Below are positions 57,281 through 64,000 of a DNA stretch of 64,000 nucleotides, in pieces. How positions within the stretch are numbered: position 1 is the stretch's first letter; the number at the start of each line of letters is the position of its first letter. The DNA comes from Candidatus Epilinea brevis (GTDB lineage Bacteria > Chloroflexota > Anaerolineae > Epilineales > Epilineaceae), in the NCBI GenBank assembly GCA_016710785.1, contig JADJUE010000006.1, positions 9,841 to 73,840 of the forward strand, in the 5' to 3' direction. The position numbers were made by a program, and so were the translations under genes. The notes under the pieces were generated by a model. The model saw only the letters and a program-made list of their open reading frames with translations. It searched no databases and had not been told where the DNA came from.

Positions 57281-58398
57281 TGGGGTTCCAGGCGGACGCC
57301 GCGGACGCCGCGGATGTCGCAGCGGACAACGCCGGCGGCGGGCAGCTTCCCCCAGCGCTCGTGGCGCAGAGCGGCCCGGACCTGGTCCGCCTGGCCAGCT
57401 ATCCGGAGCACAACCCCAACCTGGTGATGGAGTTGAACCTGGAAGGCCGGCTCATCTACCTGAACCCTGTTGCCCGCGCGCGCTTTCCGGAGCTGGTCGA
57501 CCTGGGGACGGCGCATCCGCTCCTGGCCGATCTCACGCCCCTTGTCGCCGAGTTCCGCAGCGGTGCGCGAGAGGTCGCGGCGCGTCAGGTGGACCTGGGC
57601 GAAGCGGTCTTTGAAGAGAAGGTCTGCTTCATCGGCGCCACCGGGGCGGTGCTCATCTATGCCACCGACATCACCGCCCTCAAGCGCGCCGAGGCGGCGG
57701 TGGAGCTCTTGGCGGAGCAGCGTCGCCTGCTGGCGGGGCGGGTCATCCAGGCCCATGAGGAGGAGCGCCGCCGCGTGGCCGCCGAGCTCCATGACGAAGC
57801 CGGTCAGGCCCTGACCGTCCTGCGCATCAGCCTGGAGCTTCTGGCCCGCGAGCTCGACGAGGCCCTGCAGGCCCGACTGGCGGCCGAGGTGCAGGAGGCC
57901 GCGTCCCTGGTGCAGAGCACCCACGAGCGCATCCGCGCCCTGGCCCAGGGCCTGCGCCCGCCCACCCTGGGCGCCGACGGTCTGACGGGGCTGCTGGAGG
58001 CCACTTGCCGCGGTTTCGCCAACCGCACCGCCCTGGCGGTCGACTACCAGGGCCTGGCGGTCGACAAGGTCAGCGACGAACGGGTGCTGGCCCTCTTCCG
58101 TTTTCTGCAGGAGGCCCTCACCAATGTGCTGCGCCACGCCGACGCGCGCCTGGCCACGGTGCGGCTCGGCTGCGAGGCCGGTTGGCTCCGGCTGGAGGTG
58201 CGGGACGATGGGCGGGGCTTCCGATGGGCGCAGGATGACCCGGCAGGGGCGCCGGGGGGCGGTATGGGCCTGTCCAGCATGGCCGAGCGGCTGTCGCTGG
58301 TGGACGGTGGCTTGGAGATCGCCTCCAGCCCGGGTCTTGGCAGCCGGCTGCTGGCCTGGGTGCCGCTGGAACCGGAAAGCGATACAGGCAGACGATGA
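57280..58398 (+). CDS. PAS-domain sensor histidine kinase (HisKA_3 / NarL-partner type), cytoplasmic
   Basis: PAS-like 'LVMELNLEGRLIYLNP'. H-box 'ELHDEAGQALTVLRISL'. HATPase 'LQEALTNVLRHADA...VRDDGRGF...GMGLSSMAERLSLVDG'. ATG overlaps the ccmC stop. Confidence 0.8.
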   Translation: MGFQADAADAADVAADNAGGGQLPPALVAQSGPDLVRLASYPEHNPNLVMELNLEGRLIYLNPVARARFPELVDLGTAHPLLADLTPLVAEFRSGAREVAARQVDLGEAVFEEKVCFIGATGAVLIYATDITALKRAEAAVELLAEQRRLLAGRVIQAHEEERRRVAAELHDEAGQALTVLRISLELLARELDEALQARLAAEVQEAASLVQSTHERIRALAQGLRPPTLGADGLTGLLEATCRGFANRTALAVDYQGLAVDKVSDERVLALFRFLQEALTNVLRHADARLATVRLGCEAGWLRLEVRDDGRGFRWAQDDPAGAPGGGMGLSSMAERLSLVDGGLEIASSPGLGSRLLAWVPLEPESDTGRR

Positions 58399-59060
58399 TC
58401 CGAGTGGTGGTGGCGGACGACCATCCGCTGTTGCGCGAAGGCGTGCGGGCCCTGCTGGCCAAAGCCGATGACATCGAGGTGGTGGGCGAGGCGCCGGACG
58501 GGCCGACGGCCATCCTCCTGGCCAGCCGCTTGAAACCGGATGTCCTGGTCACCGACCTGGCGATGCCGGGCGCGGGGGGCATCGCGGTCCTGGAGGCCCT
58601 GGCGCGCGAGGGCCTGTCCACGCATGTCATCGTGCTCTCCATGCATGGCGACGACGCCCTCGTGGGCGAGGCCCTGGCCAAGGGGGCGCACGGCTACGTG
58701 CTCAAGGAAGCGGTGACCGAAGAGCTGCTCCTGGCCATCCGCACGGCCGCGCGCGGCGGCACCTACATCGGCTCGGCCCTCGGCCGGCCGCTGCTCGGCC
58801 AGGTCGCCCCTGAGGTCCGGCCGCCCAGCGGCGGCGCGGCGGCCAGCCTGACGGCGCGGGAGCTGCAGATCCTGCGCCTGATCGGAGCGGGGCATACCAG
58901 CAAGGTCATCGCCGCGGAACTGGGGCTGAGCGTCAAGACCGTGGAGCATTACCGCACCAGCCTGTTGGCCAAGTTCGGCGCCAGCAACCTGGTCGGCCTG
59001 ATCCGCGGCGCGCTCAGAGAGGGCCTCCTGGACCTGGGTGAAGACGGATGGGGACGGTAA
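58395..59060 (+). CDS. NarL/LuxR-family response regulator
   Basis: Receiver 'IRVVVADDHPLLREGVRALL...DVLVTDLAMPG'. C-terminal LuxR HTH 'LTARELQILRLIGAGHTSKVIAAELGLSVKTVEHYRTSLLAKFG'. ATGA overlap with the kinase. Confidence 0.9.
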   Translation: MIRVVVADDHPLLREGVRALLAKADDIEVVGEAPDGPTAILLASRLKPDVLVTDLAMPGAGGIAVLEALAREGLSTHVIVLSMHGDDALVGEALAKGAHGYVLKEAVTEELLLAIRTAARGGTYIGSALGRPLLGQVAPEVRPPSGGAAASLTARELQILRLIGAGHTSKVIAAELGLSVKTVEHYRTSLLAKFGASNLVGLIRGALREGLLDLGEDGWGR

Positions 59061-59179
59061 CCGAACCTGGCTTTTGCTAGAATCCCGACGCCCTTGTGCT
59101 AACGGCCGGCGCGCTCGCTATGGCGGTCCATCCGGCTACGCCGCCCGCGCGCGACCCGCCAGGAGAATCGACCAAGCCG

Positions 59180-62100
59180 ATGAACCGACCCATCCTCCCC
59201 GCGCCAGCCCGTGCAACGATGCTGGTTGGCCTGCTCCTCGTGGTCGGCGCCTGCAAGCCGAGCGCCCCTGGCCCCCTTCCCACCCTGGACCTGCCGGCCG
59301 ACCGCTATGAGCAGCTGGTCTCGGCCTACTTCGGCGGCGTGGCGGCCCTGCAGGTGGGCGATACCACCAGCCGCGGCAAGGACCTCTTGACCCAGGCCTC
59401 CGAGCTGGCGCCGGAAGAGCCGGCCATCCTGGCCGATCTGGCCCTGTATCACCTGCGCAATCAGGGTGCGGACACGGCCGCTGATCTGGTGGCTAAAGCG
59501 CGCAAGCTGGCGCCGCAGGAGAGCCGGCTGGCGCTCCTGGATGCCCTGGTCGCCGACCGCCGCGGAAAGCCGGAAGACGCGGTCAAGGTGCTGCGGGAGG
59601 CGGTGGCCCTGGATGGCGCGAACCTCCGCGCCCGCTATGCGCTCAAGGAAGCCATCGAGCGTGCGGGGGCGGCGGACGCCGACGCGGCGGTGGCCTCAGA
59701 ACTGGATGCCATCCTCGCGGTCAGCCCGCAGAACCCCGCGGCCCTGCTGGACCGCGCCCGCCTGGCAGCCAAGGCCGGTGATGGCGCGGCCGCGACGACG
59801 GCCATCCAGGCGCTGGGACCGCTGGCGGACGCCTGGCCCCCGGACGTGCGGGACCAGCTGGCGCAGGTCCAGGCCGCCCAGGCCGGTGACGTCAAGGCCC
59901 TGGTGCCGCGCCTGGCGGTGCTGCAGAACCTGCTGCTGCCCACGCCCGCCTATCAGGTGGCCATCCGCGCCCTGCGCTTGCCGGACGACGTGATCGGCGA
60001 GCCCATCGGCGCCTTCCTGCGCCTGCCGATGCCCCGGCCGCAGGCCGACGCGCCGGACATGGCCCTGGCTTTCGGGTCCGAGCCCATCGACGCGCCAGCG
60101 ATCGACATCGCGGTCCTGCCCCTGGGCGAGGAGGGGGCGGCCGCAACAGTTCTGGACCTGGGGGGCGCGGCACGCATCCTGGACGGGTCCCGGACGGCCG
60201 AATTGGCCTTTCCGTCGCTGTCCGTGCGGCCGAATGACGACGCGACGGCGGCGCCCGTGCGGCTGCTGGCCCTGGACTGGAACAACGACAAGCGGATGGA
60301 CCTGGCCGCCTGCGGCGTCGGCGGGCTGTTGCTCTACCGCGCCGACGCGGCGAGCTATACCGACGTGACGGTCGACAGCGGCCTGACTGACGCGGTGCTC
60401 AAGCCCGCCTGTACCGGCGCCTGGACTGCGGACATCGAGTTGGACGGCGACATGGACCTGCTCCTGGGGCAGGGCGCGGACAAGGCCGCCGTCCTGCGCA
60501 ACAACGGCGACGGCAGCTGGTTGGCCGTCGAAGCGTCGGACCTGGGTGACCTGAGCGACCTGCGCCAGCTGATCTGGGCCGACCTGGACAGCGACGGCGA
60601 TGCCGACCTGGCTGCCATCGCCGGCGAGCGGTTGACCGTCCTGGACAACAGGCGCAACGGCAGCTTCGCTCCCCAAGACCTGGGCGCGGCGGCCGGAGCG
60701 GTGGTCCTCCTGGCCGCGGACGTTGATGGCGATGGCTGGCTGGACCTCCTCACGCTCGCCGCCGACGGCGCCGTCGCGGCTCGGCGCGCCGATCCCGCCA
60801 CCGCCACCGCCGGCGCGCCGGCCTTCGGCGCGCCCGAGGAACTCCGTCCGGCGGTCGGGAGCGGCGCCGCCTGCCGGACCCTGCTCTGGGGCGATGTGGA
60901 CAACAACGGCGCGGCGGACCTCGTCGTGGGCTGCGATCAGCCCGCGCCGGTCACCCGCGTCTCCTTGAACGACGGGCAGGGTGCCTGGCAGGACTTGCCG
61001 CTGGTCGAACGCGCCGCGGCTCGCGCCCTGGCCGACCTGGACGGCGACGGCAAGCTGGACTTGGTGGGCATGGGCGACGCCGCCGGTACGGCGGCGATCC
61101 GCCTGACCAACCAGGGCGGCGCCAAGGACTACCATTACCAGGTGCTGCGCCTGCGTGGCCTGGAGATCCCCCCCGCCCCGCCCGGGCAGAGCGGCGCGCA
61201 GCAGAGCGGCGACCAGCGCATCAACAGCTTCGGCCTGGGTGGCCTGGTCTCGATCCGCTCCGGCCTGCTGACCCAGACCCGCCTCATCGACGGCCCGGCC
61301 CTGCATTTCGGCCTGGGTAGCCGCGGCGGCGTGGAGACCGCGCATATCTACTGGCCCAATGGCTTGCCCCAGGGCGAGTTCGATCTCGAGGGCGACGCTG
61401 CGGCGACGGCCCTGCAGCGGCTCAAGGGCTCCTGCCCCTGGCTCTTCGCCGATGACGGCAGCCGCATCGCCTTCGTCACCGACATCCTCTGGAAGTCCCC
61501 CCTGGGCCTGCGCATCAACGCCGTGGACACGGCGGGCGTGGTGCAGACCGAGGACTGGGTGAAGGTGCGCGGCGACCAGCTGGCGGCCAAGGACGGCTTC
61601 TACGACCTGCGCATCACCGCCGAGCTCTGGGAGACCCATTTCTTCGACCTGGTGAGCCTGATGGTGGTCGACCATCCGGAAGGCACAGAGGCCTTCGTCG
61701 ACGAACGCTTCAGCATCCCCCCGCCGCCCCTGGCGGTGCAGACCACCGGACCGCTCTTCCCGGTGGACCGGGCTCTGGACCAGGAAGGCCGCGACGTCAG
61801 CGACCGCGTGGCGGCGCGCGACGAGGTCTACCTGGACAGCTTCGCGCTCGGTGCCTACCAGGGTATCGCCCAGGACCATTGGGTGGAGGTGGATCTGACT
61901 CAGGCCTTGGTGAAGCTGCAGTCGGAGCAACCCGCGTCGGCGTCCGACGCTGCCGCGTCGTCGCCGCCGGCCCTCGCCCTCTACGCCACTGGCTTCATCT
62001 ACCCCACCGACAGCTCCATCAACGTGGCCATCGGCCAGGGCAAGGCGGTGGCGCCGCAGGACCTGAGCATCGAGGTGCCGGACGGCAAGGGCGGCTGGCG

Positions 62101-62818
62101 GACGGCCAAGGCGCGTCAGGGCTTCCCGGCCGGCAAGCACAAGAGCCTGCTGCTGCCCTTGGCGGGCCTGGATCCGGATGGCGCCGCGGCCCCTGAGCGC
62201 CTGCGCCTGCGGACCAACCTGGAGGTCTACTGGGACCAGCTGGCCTTGGTGGCCCTCGTTCCCGGCGAGGACGCCACCCGCACGCAGCGCCTGGCGGCCG
62301 AATCGGCCCAGCTGCGCTACCGCGGCCTGTCGGTCACCTCCCATACCGGCGACGACCCGGCCCCGCACGCCATGCCCGAGATCCCCGACTACAGCCGGGT
62401 GACGACCACCGTGCCATGGCTGAACCTGGGCGGCTTCTACACCCGCTTCGGCGACGTGAAGCCGCTCCTGGAGCAGGTGGACGACCGCTACGTCATCCTC
62501 AACGCCGGCGATGAGATCCTGCTGCGCTTCAAGGCGCCGGCCGATCCGCCGGCGGGCTGGGTGCGCGACTTCGTCTTCATCAGCGACGGCTGGGAGAAGG
62601 ACGGCGACTTCAACACCGCCTACGGCGAGACCGTCCTGCCCCTGCCGGCGCATGACAAGCCGGAGTACGCCGACCCGCGCCGCTTCGGCGCTGTGGGCAG
62701 CCTGCAGGACGATCCGGTCTACCAGGCCCACCCCCAGGACTGGATCGACTACCACACCCGCTTCGTTCCGCCGCAGCGCCTCAACCGGCCGCTGCAGGCG
62801 CTTCCGGCGGGTCGCTAG
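59180..62818 (+). CDS. CRTAC1-family lipoprotein: N-terminal TPR region, FG-GAP/VCBS repeat beta-propeller, ASPIC/UnbV domain, additional ~450-aa C-terminal domain
   Basis: 'LLVVGAC' lipobox. Repeated 'D-x-D/N-x-D-G-x-x-D-L' FG-GAP motifs. 'NSFGLGGLVSIRSGLLTQTRLIDGPALHFGLGSRGGVETAHIYWPNG' is ASPIC/UnbV. Start ATG 59180 with AGGAGA RBS. Confidence 0.8.
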   Translation: MNRPILPAPARATMLVGLLLVVGACKPSAPGPLPTLDLPADRYEQLVSAYFGGVAALQVGDTTSRGKDLLTQASELAPEEPAILADLALYHLRNQGADTAADLVAKARKLAPQESRLALLDALVADRRGKPEDAVKVLREAVALDGANLRARYALKEAIERAGAADADAAVASELDAILAVSPQNPAALLDRARLAAKAGDGAAATTAIQALGPLADAWPPDVRDQLAQVQAAQAGDVKALVPRLAVLQNLLLPTPAYQVAIRALRLPDDVIGEPIGAFLRLPMPRPQADAPDMALAFGSEPIDAPAIDIAVLPLGEEGAAATVLDLGGAARILDGSRTAELAFPSLSVRPNDDATAAPVRLLALDWNNDKRMDLAACGVGGLLLYRADAASYTDVTVDSGLTDAVLKPACTGAWTADIELDGDMDLLLGQGADKAAVLRNNGDGSWLAVEASDLGDLSDLRQLIWADLDSDGDADLAAIAGERLTVLDNRRNGSFAPQDLGAAAGAVVLLAADVDGDGWLDLLTLAADGAVAARRADPATATAGAPAFGAPEELRPAVGSGAACRTLLWGDVDNNGAADLVVGCDQPAPVTRVSLNDGQGAWQDLPLVERAAARALADLDGDGKLDLVGMGDAAGTAAIRLTNQGGAKDYHYQVLRLRGLEIPPAPPGQSGAQQSGDQRINSFGLGGLVSIRSGLLTQTRLIDGPALHFGLGSRGGVETAHIYWPNGLPQGEFDLEGDAAATALQRLKGSCPWLFADDGSRIAFVTDILWKSPLGLRINAVDTAGVVQTEDWVKVRGDQLAAKDGFYDLRITAELWETHFFDLVSLMVVDHPEGTEAFVDERFSIPPPPLAVQTTGPLFPVDRALDQEGRDVSDRVAARDEVYLDSFALGAYQGIAQDHWVEVDLTQALVKLQSEQPASASDAAASSPPALALYATGFIYPTDSSINVAIGQGKAVAPQDLSIEVPDGKGGWRTAKARQGFPAGKHKSLLLPLAGLDPDGAAAPERLRLRTNLEVYWDQLALVALVPGEDATRTQRLAAESAQLRYRGLSVTSHTGDDPAPHAMPEIPDYSRVTTTVPWLNLGGFYTRFGDVKPLLEQVDDRYVILNAGDEILLRFKAPADPPAGWVRDFVFISDGWEKDGDFNTAYGETVLPLPAHDKPEYADPRRFGAVGSLQDDPVYQAHPQDWIDYHTRFVPPQRLNRPLQALPAGR

Positions 62819-62871
62819 CCCCCCGGCCCGCCCACCAACCACTTCAACTTCTCACCAGGAACCCACAGACC

Positions 62872-64000
62872 ATGCGCACATCCCCCACCCTCCGCATCCT
62901 CCTGCCGCTGCTCCTCGTCGGCCTTATCGGTCTGGCCGCCGTCTTGTCGCGCCGTTCCGGCAAGCCCCAAGGCGGTAGCCAGGCCCTGGAACAGGGCGCG
63001 GCCGTCACCCGCTACGGCTTCGCCCTCCGGGAAGTGGCCAAGGAATCGGGCGTGGACTTCGTCCACCAGGCGCCCACCTTTGACGCCCGCTTGGGCCATA
63101 TCATGCCGCAGATGAACGCCATGGGCGCGGCGGTGGCGGTGGCGGACTTCGACAACGACGGCTGGTCGGATTTCTTCGTGGCCAACAGCAAGGAGGGCAG
63201 TGCCTGCGCCCTCTATCGCAACCTGGGAGACGGGAAGTTCGCCGATGTCGCCGCCGCGATGGGCCTGGCCGACCTCAACCAGGTCGGCAGCGGTATCGTC
63301 AGCGGCGCCCTGTGGGGCGACTACGACAACGACGGCGACGATGACCTCTTCGTCAACAAATGGGGCCGGCCGGAGCTGTTTCGCAATGAAGCCGGCAAGG
63401 CCTTCACCCCCGTCACCGAAGGCTCCGGACTGCCGGCCTGGCTCAATGCCTCCTCGGCCGTGTGGCTGGACTTCGACCAGGACGGCCTGCTGGATCTGTT
63501 CCTGGGCGGCTACTACGACGAACAGATCGACCTCTGGAAGTTGGCCGACACCAAGATGATGCCGGAGAGCTTCGAGTATGCGCAGAACGGGGGGCGCAAG
63601 TACCTCCTGCGCAATCTGGGCGAGGGGCGCTTCGAGGACGTGGCCGAGGGCGTCGGCCTGGTCAGCCGCCGCTGGGCCCTGGCCGCCGCCGCTGCCGATC
63701 TGCGCGGCACGGGTTACCCGGACCTGGTCATCGCCAACGATTACGGGGTGAGCGAGTACTTCCGCAACGACGGCGGCAAGTTCACCGAGATAGGCGCCAA
63801 GACCGGCATCGGGGATCGGCCCAAAAGCGGCATGAACGTGGCCATGGGCGACGTGTTCAACCAGGGCCGGCTGGCCATCTACATCAGCAACATCAGCGAG
63901 GAGGGCATCCTCGTGCAGGGCAACAACCTGTGGGTGCCCCGCGAGGGCAGCAGCGGTGACGACACGGTCTACGACAATCTGGCGCAGGCCATGAACGTCG
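62872..64000 (+). CDS. Second CRTAC1-family (FG-GAP + ASPIC-type) protein, N-terminal part; continues beyond the window
   Basis: Clean ORF from ATG 62872 to the window end. Signal 'LRILLPLLLVGLIGLAAV'. 'ADFDNDGWSDFFVANS', 'GDYDNDGDDDLFVNKWG', 'LDFDQDGLLDLFLGGY' FG-GAP motifs. Absent from the supplied ORF track only because it has no stop in the window. Confidence 0.8.
   Translation, partial: MRTSPTLRILLPLLLVGLIGLAAVLSRRSGKPQGGSQALEQGAAVTRYGFALREVAKESGVDFVHQAPTFDARLGHIMPQMNAMGAAVAVADFDNDGWSDFFVANSKEGSACALYRNLGDGKFADVAAAMGLADLNQVGSGIVSGALWGDYDNDGDDDLFVNKWGRPELFRNEAGKAFTPVTEGSGLPAWLNASSAVWLDFDQDGLLDLFLGGYYDEQIDLWKLADTKMMPESFEYAQNGGRKYLLRNLGEGRFEDVAEGVGLVSRRWALAAAAADLRGTGYPDLVIANDYGVSEYFRNDGGKFTEIGAKTGIGDRPKSGMNVAMGDVFNQGRLAIYISNISEEGILVQGNNLWVPREGSSGDDTVYDNLAQAMNV

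Noticed and set aside
62815-63099. Minus-strand 94-aa ORF at the CRTAC1 gene junction
   Set aside because: Overlaps the strongly supported start of the second CRTAC1 gene on the plus strand; no features.

Overview
High-GC (roughly 70% by eye) bacterial chromosomal segment with gene-dense core regions and several short lower-GC patches (about 11.57-12.54 kb, 16.14-16.9 kb, 20.0-21.33 kb). The PT-rich linkers and CotH, CRTAC1 and vWA content suggest Chloroflexota or Actinomycetota, but that is a weak guess. Recognisable housekeeping genes are uvrC, birA, infA, a ccmAB-fusion/ccmC heme exporter, an arsR-arsM pair, an ABC exporter (ATPase plus double-FtsX permease) beside a WYL regulator, a PAS histidine kinase with NarL-type regulator, and two CRTAC1-family (FG-GAP plus ASPIC) lipoproteins. 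The accessory content is dominated by large secreted or lipoprotein von Willebrand factor A (vWA) proteins (1188-5216, 7856-11407, 21334-23373, 30705-32018, plus a vWA C-terminal gene relic at 5347-5493). Three of these are followed directly 3' by copies of a conserved non-coding element of about 125 nt. Five secreted proteins share a short [VA][YF]LP[LWR] motif after Pro/Thr linkers. Other notable items: a VapBC-like toxin-antitoxin module with direct-repeat operator; a 65-bp-armed inverted-repeat element; a low-GC island (11.4-14.4 kb) with an SRPBCC pseudogene, flanking direct repeats, 22-bp-phased iterons, three GTTCCAATTGGAAC palindromes and an HU/IHF-like gene; a CotH-family gene disrupted by a perfect 11-bp tandem duplication; a PP2C-PASTA-PPC receptor phosphatase next to a PrsW protease and an orphan ImuB-like gene; and a methyltransferase/UPF0104-membrane/methyltransferase operon. 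No rRNA, tRNA or CRISPR array was seen. Many long antisense ORFs in the supplied track are GC-driven artefacts.
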